Source: a virus
Reading direction: 5' to 3' (one strand)
DNA length: 64,000 nucleotides
IMG/VR virus record: IMGVR_UViG_3300038412_000061
Location: 31,950-95,949 of that record
The notes beneath the pieces were generated by a model. The model was not told the DNA's origin and did not search any database. It was given only the letters and a program-made list of their open reading frames with translations. Positions within the stretch are counted from its first letter, which is position 1, and every line of letters begins with the position of its first letter. Shown in pieces: positions 37,918-47,406 of the stretch. The position numbers and the translations under genes were made by a program.

Positions 37918-38411
37918 CTGTCATAGCTGGCTACACCAAGGGTGGCCAATGGGCCATAGCGTCTGATTCTGGCGTATTCGAGTCGGGCGAGAACGGTGTT
38001 ACATTTAAGACCAAAGGCACAAAAGTGTGGAAGCGTGACGACTCGCTCATTGGTGCAGCCGGTGGCAGTCGCGCGTGCGAACTTGCCGAATTGTCAATGT
38101 CTGGTGACCCCAAATCCATAGTGGAGTTCATGCGAAAGGGAGAGGCGACCGGTGACTGGAATGTTCTGGTCGTGATGGAGAATGAAATTTTCTACATTGG
38201 CGATGACTTCTCACTGTCACGAATTGATGGTAATTACATGGCCATCGGTGCGGCCAGCGCCCCAGCCCTTGGAGCACTGTGCGCAATGGATGATGACGAC
38301 GTAGACGCCTCCACCAAGGTCCGTGCCGCAGCTAATGCGGCTGTAAAACATCACGTCTGGGCGGTTGGCCCTGTGAAAGTGCTGTCCATGAAAGGTGTAG
38401 CGATTGATTAG
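37914..38411 (+). CDS. HslV/proteasome-beta-like Ntn protein
   Basis: N-terminal MTVIAG, ASDS, TKV, YMAIGA. Confidence 0.65.
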   Translation: MTVIAGYTKGGQWAIASDSGVFESGENGVTFKTKGTKVWKRDDSLIGAAGGSRACELAELSMSGDPKSIVEFMRKGEATGDWNVLVVMENEIFYIGDDFSLSRIDGNYMAIGAASAPALGALCAMDDDDVDASTKVRAAANAAVKHHVWAVGPVKVLSMKGVAID

Positions 38412-38748
38412 AGAGTTATTTGAAGGGCAGGATCGCGGTGAATGCCGTGGAGATTACAAGAACTTCAAGTTCAACTCCAAGAAAGACCCAGTGACAATGG
38501 CAATGTGTGGTCGATGTGTTGTGAGGGAAGCGTGCCTGTGGTATGGCGTACGCCACGAGTCTTACGGCATCTGGGGTGGTCTGAATGAGGATGACAGAAA
38601 GCTCGTGCGCAAGGCCTCCAACATATCTACTCCGCCGCTTCTTGGATATGAAAAACCGTTACAGGCCGTAAGCGTTTACATAAACCGTGAGCGCAGTGCT
38701 AAGAGAATGAGAGAGATGAAATGGCGAAGAGCAAAGCAGTTGCAGTAG
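38404..38748 (+). CDS. whiB: second WhiB-family transcription factor
   Basis: C...MCGRCVVREAC...YGIWGGLNEDDR. Confidence 0.85.
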   Translation: MIRELFEGQDRGECRGDYKNFKFNSKKDPVTMAMCGRCVVREACLWYGVRHESYGIWGGLNEDDRKLVRKASNISTPPLLGYEKPLQAVSVYINRERSAKRMREMKWRRAKQLQ

Positions 38749-39470
38749 CAATGTCTGAGGACGAGAGAAGTCAGGCCGAACTTTGGGACTCAGCACACCC
38801 TGGCAGAAAGATGCCCGGTACCTTTGAGCCCGAGGAGGGTAACTGCAGTGCCAAGATGCGCAACCGGGACCTTGACTCCCTTGGAATTATCAGGTACTGT
38901 GGGAAGTCGTCTGGCTACGGAACGTCTCATCCCGGAGTGGATCGCTGCAAGTTCCATGGCGGTTCTACGCCAACCCAGGTGCGTGGTGCCATGCGCAAAA
39001 CCGTACGTAAAGAGCTAGCGCTGCTCTCACAAGACCTAGAAGAAGCAGACCCGATTGGTCCACCGGAGCTAGAAGCTTTCAAGCTTGCCGCCAAGGTTAA
39101 GAGATGGTCGCTCATCATTGAAGAGAAAATGGATGAGCTGGACGGGATGTGGACGCAGTTCGACCAGACTGGTGTCGAGCGCGTACGCGCGATGATTGAG
39201 CTCATGGAGCGAGCGCACGAACGTCTTCAGCGGAGCTTAGAGTTCCTGCTAAAGCACGATCTGCACAAGAGAGTTGTCGCACTCGAAGAGCAACAGGCCC
39301 TGCTCATCTCGCAGGCGTTCTTCAACATCATCATGAGCCAAGAGATGGATCTAAAGGAAAAGCAGGTCAATCTCGCTCGTCGCATGTTCTCGGAAGCGAT
39401 GATTGACCTTGGCGACAGCCTGTCCCCGTCGTGGGCTGCCAACGTAGTTGATGGCGAGGTTGTAGACTAA
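38721..39470 (+). CDS. HGGxSTG-domain protein, probable terminase small subunit
   Basis: CSAK...CGK..G.GT.H.G..RCKFHGGST then helical region. Confidence 0.6.
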   Translation: MAKSKAVAVAMSEDERSQAELWDSAHPGRKMPGTFEPEEGNCSAKMRNRDLDSLGIIRYCGKSSGYGTSHPGVDRCKFHGGSTPTQVRGAMRKTVRKELALLSQDLEEADPIGPPELEAFKLAAKVKRWSLIIEEKMDELDGMWTQFDQTGVERVRAMIELMERAHERLQRSLEFLLKHDLHKRVVALEEQQALLISQAFFNIIMSQEMDLKEKQVNLARRMFSEAMIDLGDSLSPSWAANVVDGEVVD

Positions 39471-39616
39471 CCTACAAGCTTCAGTTCCACAACCTTGTTT
39501 CCCACCTTCGCCATGGGACAGTTGTGTGACACTGCCTGCACCCCACTGGGCTGACGCTCGCGGTGGTTGCACTTGGGGCAAACCCAAACACGTGTGCGCT
39601 GCTTCTCGACTGCCAT
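39467..39616 (-). CDS. small Zn-ribbon protein (49 aa, not in ORF track)
   Basis: WVCPKCNH...HNCP; TAATG overlap. Confidence 0.5.
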   Translation of the reverse strand: MAVEKQRTRVWVCPKCNHRERQPSGVQAVSHNCPMAKVGNKVVELKLVG

Positions 39617-40008
39617 TATGCTTCCTCGTATCCGTCTAGTTGCTGAACTGCAAAGTTGACCATGCCGTCACAGAAAATCTTCTGCGATGAAAAAAACCAT
39701 GAGGGGCACACAGAATTGTAGATGTAGTGGCCAACCAACTTGATCAACTGTAGGGGGGACTCCAGAGAATCATTTCGATCCCACGAGTAGGCTTTGCGCA
39801 GTGGTAGTTCGTTGCCCTCCGCATAATAGGCTTCTCGATTCATGTTGATGAGCCACTCGCCTAGCTGGTTTTGCGTCATGAACTGCCAGCTGACTGCTGG
39901 ATGGTCAACCTCAGAAGCTGCGAAGTCGAGCATCAAGACATTGTGCTGTCCCGTGTCCCACGCAACCGTAACTAGCGCATCGATTTCGTCTTTCGTCAGT
40001 AGAGCCAT
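39616..40008 (-). CDS. hypothetical protein
   Basis: 130 aa; own promoter and RBS. Confidence 0.65.
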   Translation of the reverse strand: MALLTKDEIDALVTVAWDTGQHNVLMLDFAASEVDHPAVSWQFMTQNQLGEWLINMNREAYYAEGNELPLRKAYSWDRNDSLESPLQLIKLVGHYIYNSVCPSWFFSSQKIFCDGMVNFAVQQLDGYEEA

Positions 40009-40028
40009 TTAGAACCTTTCTTTCCATC

Positions 40029-40057
40029 AGTTTAGCACAGTAAGAACCGGTTGTCAA
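40029..40057 (-). promoter_or_regulatory. SigA-type promoter
   Basis: TTGACA-17-TAAACT with TG extension. Confidence 0.75.
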
Positions 40058-40164
40058 TACTGTGATGAATACCCTGATGAAACAGCAAAATTCCTGAAAA
40101 TAGCCAATTTCAAAACCGAAAAAAAACAGAATTCCACACGTGAACAAAAGTTCAGAGAATGGTG

Positions 40165-40193
40165 TTGACACCGGACGGAGAAAGGTGTACAAT
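40165..40193 (+). promoter_or_regulatory. SigA-type leaderless promoter
   Basis: TTGACA-17-TACAAT; ATG at 40200. Confidence 0.8.
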
Positions 40194-40199
40194 GGACAT

Positions 40200-40379
40200 A
40201 TGGACACTTACTTCAAGCAAATGGACAAGTCTCGACATGCTATAGACCGAGCAGAGACAGCGTTGACTAAGCGCTATGAGTTGGCGCAGGTGCTTGCAAC
40301 GTTAGCGGTGGCCGAGTCCAACCTAGCGGTTGCTGCCGCCATTATGGAACGCCCGCAACCAGACAATGGATGTATCTAA
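40200..40379 (+). CDS. hypothetical protein (leaderless)
   Basis: ATG at predicted +1. Confidence 0.55.
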   Translation: MDTYFKQMDKSRHAIDRAETALTKRYELAQVLATLAVAESNLAVAAAIMERPQPDNGCI

Positions 40380-40576
40380 TGGCAAAGTGGATTTGTTGCG
40401 CAAATTGCGAAGACGAAGTAACCAACGACGGTGACTGGTTCGACCCATTTCTGTGGAACCACAACTACAGCGTAGAGATGCCCAAGCCCGGTGATTGGTT
40501 TCATCCTTATTACGCTGACGTGTGGTGCAGGAACGGAAATGGCACGAAGGCACAGCCGGGTAGGGAGATGGAATGA
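40379..40576 (+). CDS. small Cys/Trp-rich protein
   Basis: CANC...H...WC; coupled. Confidence 0.55.
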   Translation: MAKWICCANCEDEVTNDGDWFDPFLWNHNYSVEMPKPGDWFHPYYADVWCRNGNGTKAQPGREME

Positions 40577-40965
40577 GCGAAATAGCGATTACTGACATTA
40601 GGTGCACCCACGGTGCATACGGCCACTCTCTGACGCATTCTAATAATCCAGAGGAGTTCGCGGAGTTTTGGGGTGATCCCGTTTTCTGGTGTAGCCGCGT
40701 CCTTCGAGAGATTCCTGTAGGATGGGTGTACGCAGAGACACAGGACTGTTGTGGTGGGTGGTTTAACCCCACCGAGTTCAAAGCAATGTTTAGCGTTTTG
40801 CAGGCACATGACAGCGAGGCGCCTCTGATGAATTGCCGACACTGTCGCTGCCCCATCTACCCCCTCCACGATGAACAGTGGGAACACGACTGCTACCACA
40901 CCCTCTCTGAACACGATCACTTCGCAGAGCCCGACAAGCGCATCAACACCCAAGGAGAGAACTGA
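40573..40965 (+). CDS. Cys/His-rich hypothetical protein
   Basis: CRHCRC; coupled. Confidence 0.55.
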   Translation: MSEIAITDIRCTHGAYGHSLTHSNNPEEFAEFWGDPVFWCSRVLREIPVGWVYAETQDCCGGWFNPTEFKAMFSVLQAHDSEAPLMNCRHCRCPIYPLHDEQWEHDCYHTLSEHDHFAEPDKRINTQGEN

Positions 40966-41285
40966 TGAGAAACATTTACTACCACCCGGAAGAATTCGGA
41001 TTGGAAGTAGTGGCGAAGATTGACGACAGGTGGGCTTGCTACTCGTTCGACCTAACCGTCGTGTGGCGCGACATCGCCACAGGGAAGAAATACTGGGCTT
41101 CAGACAGCGGGTGTTCTTGCCCGTCTCCTTTTGAGGATTTCCAATCGGTAGATTCCCTTGCCCCCTTGGATTCAGATGGGGATTGGGACCGACTTAACAA
41201 GCACCTGATGGATCAGAGTCGTGAAAAGTACCCTCTGTCTGACATAAACAAATTCATGGTCGCGGCCCAAGGAGAGAACTGATGA
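40949..41285 (+). repeat. 20-bp direct repeat CCCAAGGAGAGAACTGATGA flanking one gene
   Basis: Identical copies at 40949-40968 and 41266-41285 (RBS + stop + start). Confidence 0.85.
40965..41282 (+). CDS. conserved actinophage-type hypothetical protein
   Basis: YSFDL..VWR...YWASDSGCSCPSPFE. Confidence 0.65.
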   Translation: MRNIYYHPEEFGLEVVAKIDDRWACYSFDLTVVWRDIATGKKYWASDSGCSCPSPFEDFQSVDSLAPLDSDGDWDRLNKHLMDQSREKYPLSDINKFMVAAQGEN

Positions 41286-41686
41286 CTGAGAGAGTGACGA
41301 TGGAGGACATACGGATTTCCGCGAGAGCCGGAGTGCTTGCCCCAACGAGTTTTAGAGAACTTCTCGAACGCTACGCCGACCAGCACGCCGAGGACGCCCG
41401 CGCCGAAGCCCAGTCAGAGATTGACGACCTCAAGGCCCAACTAGAGCGGGCGATTGTGCCGAAGTTCTCCGTGGGAGACCGGGTGAAGGTGTCCAGTCTG
41501 CTCGGGGGGACGAGAATCGTCGGGGTAATTCAACGCTACGAACTAGAAGGCTTCACAGGGTTGTGGCATGAATCGTCCCTCTCCCTCCTACCGGCGAAGT
41601 GCACTCACATCGTTCACGAAGATAACCCCTACGGGTGGAACTTCTGCCCCCTGTGCGGCGAGCCCCTTACTTCAGGGGGTGAGTGA
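41282..41686 (+). CDS. hypothetical protein with SH3-like and Zn-ribbon segments
   Basis: KFSVGDRVKV; WNFCPLCGE. Confidence 0.6.
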   Translation: MTERVTMEDIRISARAGVLAPTSFRELLERYADQHAEDARAEAQSEIDDLKAQLERAIVPKFSVGDRVKVSSLLGGTRIVGVIQRYELEGFTGLWHESSLSLLPAKCTHIVHEDNPYGWNFCPLCGEPLTSGGE

Positions 41687-42048
41687 TGCTGGAATGGAGA
41701 AACGACAAAATGCCCGCACCGCGCCAAGCGGGGTTATGGCGTCTTTGGAAGAATGGATACGGCGACGACTGGCGGTTGAATTACGGTTGCGAACCCGTCG
41801 CTAAGTCGGGGACTGAAAACGAGATGATGGCCCTCGCCCAACGTCTCCAGGACGTACTCGATGGTCGCGACGTAGTTGGCGAGGTACTGGCGAAGGTGGA
41901 AGAGGCGCTAGCGTTAATGCGAATCGACCCCCTTCCCGAAGATGACAAAATTGACCAAGTTTTGACCGATGTTGTAAACGGGGTGACGGACCGCGCCCTC
42001 GCCATCGTCCGTTCCTTCTCTACTGAAAGGAGCGGGGAAGGTGCGTGA
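41686..42048 (+). CDS. hypothetical protein
   Basis: Coupled ORF. Confidence 0.55.
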   Translation: MLEWRNDKMPAPRQAGLWRLWKNGYGDDWRLNYGCEPVAKSGTENEMMALAQRLQDVLDGRDVVGEVLAKVEEALALMRIDPLPEDDKIDQVLTDVVNGVTDRALAIVRSFSTERSGEGA

Positions 42049-42197
42049 CGAAAAGAATAGATGTAAATCATTGAAATACAAAGATTCTGGTCCGTGGGGA
42101 ACTGATTACTACAGATGTCAGCATTCCGAAGGCCACAGAGGATTACACCAGAACAATTCTGCAAAACCCCCCGAATTATGGAAGAAAGGGGACAAAA

Positions 42198-42719
42198 ATG
42201 AGTGACCGAATAGAAGAAATCAAAGAGCGAGTGGACAAGGCAACGCCGGGGCCGTGGGTTTCAGAATGCGAGGTTGGCGAGACGTTTATTTGGAACGCCA
42301 ACAAGACAGGTTGGCGAGGTCCGGGTCCTGCCTTGGTTGTTGACGACGAATACATTTCTCCAGAAAACGCCGACTTCATCGCCCACTCCCGTGACGACAT
42401 CCCCTACCTCCTGACCCGTCTCGCCTCAGTAGAGGCCGAGAACCGAGAGCACGTTCTACGAGCCGACAGCCTGCGAGCGGAGATCGAGCGTCTCAACGAA
42501 GAGGAGAACGAGTGGTCGGAGAAGTGGGACGAGATGGTCGCCCGTCTCGCCCACTTAGAGGCTCTCCTGTCCCGCGAGAGACTTGATGAGTTGATTGGGG
42601 AATTGTTTAAGAAACCAGGTCCGCTGAACCCCGATGCGTATTTCATTACACGTGATATTGGGATTCGACGGGCCGGGGCGCTCGCGTTGCGCGACGCCAT
42701 TAGGAAGGAGGCGGAATGA
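42198..42719 (+). CDS. Ead/Ea22-like protein
   Basis: KATPGPW...NADFIAHSRDDIPYLL + coiled coil. Confidence 0.65.
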   Translation: MSDRIEEIKERVDKATPGPWVSECEVGETFIWNANKTGWRGPGPALVVDDEYISPENADFIAHSRDDIPYLLTRLASVEAENREHVLRADSLRAEIERLNEEENEWSEKWDEMVARLAHLEALLSRERLDELIGELFKKPGPLNPDAYFITRDIGIRRAGALALRDAIRKEAE

Positions 42720-43024
42720 GCGACGGACAATTCTACGAAGCGAAAGACCCTTACGCGGCGGGAAAGGAACTCGTCGCCCTCCGTGAGCGTGCCGAACGAG
42801 CCGAGCGGGTAATCGACGTTCTCTTGAATCTAGGAGAAGTTATCGATGAAGAGACTTTCGCCGAAATGTCGGCGTCGTATTTGTCGGTGGACACGACCCG
42901 GTACTTCAGCGCGTTTGAAGCGGGCGACTGGGAATGGCTGGGTGAAAAATTCGAGAACGCTCTTGAACGGCGCTCTCTGTTTGCCCCGTCTCCTCAGCCC
43001 GACACCGACAAAGGAGAGAGATGA
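42716..43024 (+). CDS. hypothetical protein
   Basis: Coupled ORF with RBS. Confidence 0.55.
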   Translation: MSDGQFYEAKDPYAAGKELVALRERAERAERVIDVLLNLGEVIDEETFAEMSASYLSVDTTRYFSAFEAGDWEWLGEKFENALERRSLFAPSPQPDTDKGER

Positions 43025-43206
43025 CGAAAAGCTGGAGAGCGAAATTCTACGTCGAATTTGAGGTGACCGCTGACGACGCGCTCACTGCGGTAGCAGAGGC
43101 GTGTGAAGCCCTTCTTGAAGGAAGATACGATAGCGACCAAGTGATAATGGACGACATATTCGAAGTTGACCCAGAAACTGGCTGTGAAGTAGGTGTTGAC
43201 TCGTGA
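43021..43206 (+). CDS. small acidic protein
   Basis: AGGAG RBS; D/E-rich. Confidence 0.55.
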   Translation: MTKSWRAKFYVEFEVTADDALTAVAEACEALLEGRYDSDQVIMDDIFEVDPETGCEVGVDS

Positions 43207-43335
43207 TTTTTGATGACGTTGAGCCAGAGGCTGACTATGGATATTCAGATTGGCAAGAGCAGTTGCTAGAAGAAGCGTGGCTTGAAGCAATAGACGATTT
43301 TTTGGATGATGAGATCCACCAAGGTGAGGACCCAG

Positions 43336-44742
43336 ATGAGCTCGACGGATAACTTGGAGGAATCAGTGACAAAGATTGTCGAGATCGTCAGATACATGGG
43401 CGGGAGCGCCCTCATAGTTGGTGGCGCAGTTCGTGATTTTGTGATGTACGGGGGGGCGGGCGTCTTCGATAACGCCTCCGACATCGACCTGGAGATTTTT
43501 GGTTTAGAGTGGGGGGAGATCAAGCATTTGTTAACCCATGCCGGTTTCGCTTATGACGAGGTCGGAGAACAGTTCTGTGTTCTAAAGATCAAGGGACTCC
43601 CAATCGACATTTCCATCCCGCGCCGCGAGAAGTCAACTGGCGTTGGTCACAAAAACTTCGACGTTATCGGTGACCCTCATATGTCATTTGAGGACGCCGC
43701 GCGAAGACGTGATTTCACAATGAACGCAATGGGCTATGACCCCTTGACGAATGTAATCGTTGACCCTTACGGCGGCAGGCGGGATATAGACACTCAATTC
43801 ATCCAGCACACCTCAGAGGCTTTCTTCGAAGACCCCTTGCGCGTTCTCCGTGCCGCCCGATTCGCGGCCAGATACGATTTTGTGGTAAGCGCCCCTACCG
43901 CACAAGCATGTGAAGACATGAACAATCTGGCTCCAGAGCTTCCTTTTGAGAGAATCTGGATGGAGATGGAGAAGGCGCTCCTTCAGTCCATCAAGCCAAG
44001 CAGGTTCTTTAGAGAGCTCAACCGCTGTGGATGGCTGTACGTCTTCCCAGGGGTAGAGGCCTTGATTGGCGTCGATCAGGACCCTGGATGGCACCCCGAA
44101 GGGGATGTGTTCGAACACACTATGCACGCCCTTGACTACTGGGCGAAGAACCTGAAAACTGGTGACAAGGAAGACGATCTGGTCGTGGCCTTGTCCGTCC
44201 TGTGCCACGACTTCGGCAAGGTCTCGACCACAGAGTTTGTGGACGGCAAAATTCGGGCGCGGGGGCACGAAGAGGCGGGTGCAGAACCCACTGAGAAACT
44301 CCTGCATAGTATGCGTCAGTACGAACTAGCCAAGAATGTCGTCCCGATTGTGGAGAACCACCTGTACCCCCTCCACGTAGAGAACTTTTCCGCGCGCGGG
44401 ATACGGAGACTTTCAACGAGAGTTGATAGGATTGACCTTCTTACCATCGTCTCAAGGGCAGACGTTGCCGGAAGACCCCCCATCGATCCTGCTGACTCTT
44501 TTGCAAAGATTGACGAATTCGAGGCCATGGTTAAGAAAACTGACGTTCCGGTAGGTGGCCCTAAAAGACTGGCGACTGGAGATATGCTGATTGAGATGGG
44601 CCTATTCCCCGGACCAGAGTTCAAACACATTCTAGACAATGCCTATGAGGCCCAGCTCGACGGTATCGTATTTGACGCCGACAGCGCACTAGAGTACCTA
44701 CACGCCATGTTAGATGGCCCAATGAATGGATACGGAAACTGA
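43336..44742 (+). CDS. cca: CCA-adding tRNA nucleotidyltransferase with HD domain
   Basis: VGGAVRD...DIDLE, RRDFTMNAM, EDPLRVLRAARF, ERIWME, HPEGDVFEHT, LCHDFGK. Confidence 0.93.
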   Translation: MSSTDNLEESVTKIVEIVRYMGGSALIVGGAVRDFVMYGGAGVFDNASDIDLEIFGLEWGEIKHLLTHAGFAYDEVGEQFCVLKIKGLPIDISIPRREKSTGVGHKNFDVIGDPHMSFEDAARRRDFTMNAMGYDPLTNVIVDPYGGRRDIDTQFIQHTSEAFFEDPLRVLRAARFAARYDFVVSAPTAQACEDMNNLAPELPFERIWMEMEKALLQSIKPSRFFRELNRCGWLYVFPGVEALIGVDQDPGWHPEGDVFEHTMHALDYWAKNLKTGDKEDDLVVALSVLCHDFGKVSTTEFVDGKIRARGHEEAGAEPTEKLLHSMRQYELAKNVVPIVENHLYPLHVENFSARGIRRLSTRVDRIDLLTIVSRADVAGRPPIDPADSFAKIDEFEAMVKKTDVPVGGPKRLATGDMLIEMGLFPGPEFKHILDNAYEAQLDGIVFDADSALEYLHAMLDGPMNGYGN

Positions 44743-44759
44743 TGAAGAAAGGACTTTAA

Positions 44760-44945
44760 GTGAAAAATAACGTTCGAATGGTGTGGTGTTCTGTGGCTGC
44801 TATCGTGACAGGGATTTCAGCACTGGGACTTTGGATTTCTTGTATTTGGACGACGGGTGCAACTTCGTCGCACCTTGGTTCGACGGCTGGAGTAATCGCG
44901 CTATTAACCTTTATGCTGGTCATGATTGCCACCTTTCCTGCATAA
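44760..44945 (+). CDS. small 2-TM membrane protein
   Basis: Hydrophobicity. Confidence 0.5.
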   Translation: MKNNVRMVWCSVAAIVTGISALGLWISCIWTTGATSSHLGSTAGVIALLTFMLVMIATFPA

Positions 44946-44994
44946 AAGTTATGCACAGCCTAGTCTGATCAGGGGGAAAACGCCACTAAGAGAC

Positions 44995-45022
44995 TTGACT
45001 CTCGCTAAAAGTATGCTAAACT
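44995..45022 (+). promoter_or_regulatory. SigA-type promoter upstream of rpf-like gene
   Basis: TTGACT-16-TAAACT with TG extension. Confidence 0.6.
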
Positions 45023-45101
45023 GTGAACAACACATTGTAATTGGAGGAGGCTGAGTGAAGACAACACTTGCCACGTAACATTCGCTGACCAAAGGAGCAA
45101 C

Positions 45102-45524
45102 GTGATTCAAAAGATCCGACCCCTACTTGTAGCAGTAATTCTTTCCCTATCAATCTTTGCCGTTCCGACAACATCCGGTGCGTCAACTCTACATCATAAG
45201 CCAGTGATTCATCTGGCTGCACACCACACACCATTAAAGCCAGTAGCTGCCACCAAACCCCTCATGCCTTTGTGGGAGTTCAAGGCCTGGGCTTGGGTCG
45301 GGTGGTGTGAAACACACGACAACTGGACCATGGAAGGTCCGTCGTATTCCGGTGCCCTAGGCATCACGCGCTCCAATTGGGTAGCCTATGGAGGACTAAG
45401 GTTCGCTTACGATGGCGCTCACGCCACGCCAATTGAACAGGCATTCATAGCTTCAAAAATTCAAGGTCATTACCCTATACCAGATCAACCGACTGGTGTT
45501 TACTGCAACCCGACAGGATGGTAA
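45102..45524 (+). CDS. secreted resuscitation-promoting-factor (Rpf)-like transglycosylase
   Basis: Signal peptide; W..V..CE...NW...Y.G.L.....W.AYGG....A.A...EQ..IA Rpf pattern with catalytic Glu. Confidence 0.8.
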   Translation: MIQKIRPLLVAVILSLSIFAVPTTSGASTLHHKPVIHLAAHHTPLKPVAATKPLMPLWEFKAWAWVGWCETHDNWTMEGPSYSGALGITRSNWVAYGGLRFAYDGAHATPIEQAFIASKIQGHYPIPDQPTGVYCNPTGW

Positions 45525-45525
45525 C

Positions 45526-45768
45526 ATGGAAGCAGAGTTGAGCGTTCAACAGGTCATCGACGCCTTACGCACCGGGGTGCAAGCTGACATGCAAGAAAAG
45601 ATCGATAAGATCCTCTTGACAGCAAGGCAAAAAGGTGATACACTCGGTGTATTGATTGATGCGGTGGCAGATGGGTCAACTGACTCGTGGCTGCTTTCTA
45701 TACACATGGCTAACAGCCTGGAGGATATGCTAAATGAAGAGCCGGTTCAAGGTGGGAGACCGAGTTAG
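45526..45768 (+). CDS. hypothetical protein
   Basis: ORF in operon. Confidence 0.5.
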   Translation: MEAELSVQQVIDALRTGVQADMQEKIDKILLTARQKGDTLGVLIDAVADGSTDSWLLSIHMANSLEDMLNEEPVQGGRPS

Positions 45769-46369
45769 AACCACACCAAACGTTCCATACGGCCCGGTCG
45801 GGGCTGAAGGGGTGGTGACGCGGTTAACCTTTAACTATACACAGGTCCTTTTTGATAATCCTGATCTTCGCCACATCGAGGTCATGAGTTTTCTGGACGA
45901 CGAGATTGAACTTTGTACTGCTGGCGAGTTCCGAGAGGGTGACAGGGTAGTCCTTATCGGTGGGGGTGCAAATGCAGACCTTCTTGGAAAGCACGGCACC
46001 GTCGTAAAATCTCAATTTTCTGGTTTGGAGGGGGGGAATCTCGTAGGGGTAACCCTTGACCATGATTCAGGCAACTATCACGTAGTTAGTGATGGATACT
46101 TGGTATTCGAGGGTGAAAAGGTAAAGACATTCACCGGGTACCGCACCGGCGACATCAGTGATACGCACACGTCGGACCAGATGAACGATCCCAGAGAGCC
46201 ACAGTACTATGGTGCCGTGTTTCCTAACGGCAGAACCATTGTTTCCTGGAACACTACCGTAAAGTCTGTGTCGGTGTTCGACTCCTTTGACGAGTTCGAG
46301 AAAATTCACGGTCACTATGATGACGGTTACGGGACGTTCATTTCCTGGGGTAATGGAGAACAGGGCTAA
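45734..46369 (+). CDS. tandem SH3/KOW-like domain protein
   Basis: FKVGDRV and FREGDRV repeats plus C-terminal domain. Confidence 0.55.
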   Translation: MKSRFKVGDRVRTTPNVPYGPVGAEGVVTRLTFNYTQVLFDNPDLRHIEVMSFLDDEIELCTAGEFREGDRVVLIGGGANADLLGKHGTVVKSQFSGLEGGNLVGVTLDHDSGNYHVVSDGYLVFEGEKVKTFTGYRTGDISDTHTSDQMNDPREPQYYGAVFPNGRTIVSWNTTVKSVSVFDSFDEFEKIHGHYDDGYGTFISWGNGEQG

Positions 46370-46538
46370 TGCGCAGATTTATTGCACTCATGATCTTGAT
46401 GTTCTCGGCCATTGACGGCTCAAATATTCAGTGGGGAATTCGCTTTCATCATCCAGGCTCTATCTGGGCAGCGTCCCTCTCCCTAGTCTTTTTCGTTGCA
46501 GTAATCATGTTCACCCCGGTGTTCAAGGGTAACAAGCA

Positions 46539-46916
46539 GTGAACAGTTGGTACCACGCCGTGTCGGCCTCCAAGAAATGGGGAGGTACGCCAGATGATTA
46601 CATCGAGATCGAAGAGTTCATTGACTCGTCTAAGGTGTCTTTGGGTGATGTTAGGCACAGGAGTTTGTATCACCACACCGAGGGTGTTTGGTTGTGCCAA
46701 AAGGTTTTTGGTAGGACTGTCACCCTGGGTGGCGGAAGACAGGTGCCGGTAAGGATCATAGCCGAGCGCCACATCATTGAGGATCTAGGGTGGTTGCCTT
46801 CACCGGCAGACTATCTGAAAGCGATGCCGATTCAGGAATGGTTCGGAGGAATGAAAACAAAGGAATTGGGATGGGACCAATTGAAAACTATACCACAGGA
46901 GGAAGCAAATGTCTGA
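46539..46916 (+). CDS. DUF6915-like protein
   Basis: YHAVSASKKWGG..DDY...DSSK....RHR..HH.EG...AERHI.EDLG. Confidence 0.75.
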   Translation: MNSWYHAVSASKKWGGTPDDYIEIEEFIDSSKVSLGDVRHRSLYHHTEGVWLCQKVFGRTVTLGGGRQVPVRIIAERHIIEDLGWLPSPADYLKAMPIQEWFGGMKTKELGWDQLKTIPQEEANV

Positions 46917-47406
46917 ACTAGGTGGAATCCCCATCGAAGGCTATATCATGCCCACGCATGGGGTAGTTGACCAGGACCCCATTGAGTATTTCGTTGACGC
47001 TCTTAGGGGTGTTTTCACAACCGGTGTTATCAAGGCCGTAAAGTGGGCACAGTACACGCCGTACTTCAACGATGGGGAGCCGTGCGTCTTCACGATTCAC
47101 GAGCCGTACTTCCGCTTCGCGGACCTGGACGACTACGATGATGGTGGAGACTACGAAGACGGTTACCTCTCTTCGTACGAGGAGAAATACCAGAGAATCC
47201 TTGGAGGCGATAAGTGGAATCGTGAAACTAGATCGTATGACCGCATTGAGGGGGAGGACCCGGTTACGGGCGCTCTTGTTAAGTCATTTGAGGACGTACT
47301 GAACAGTGGACGACACACTGTCGAGCTTGGGCGTATCTTCGGTGACCACGCTAAGGTGATTGCTACTCCAGACAAGTTCCTAGTCGAATCGTATGACCAC
47401 GACTAA
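46909..47406 (+). CDS. conserved phage protein (WxQYTPYFNDGEPC family)
   Basis: WAQYTPYFNDGEPCVF; C-terminal FGDH...YDHD. Confidence 0.65.
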   Translation: MSELGGIPIEGYIMPTHGVVDQDPIEYFVDALRGVFTTGVIKAVKWAQYTPYFNDGEPCVFTIHEPYFRFADLDDYDDGGDYEDGYLSSYEEKYQRILGGDKWNRETRSYDRIEGEDPVTGALVKSFEDVLNSGRHTVELGRIFGDHAKVIATPDKFLVESYDHD

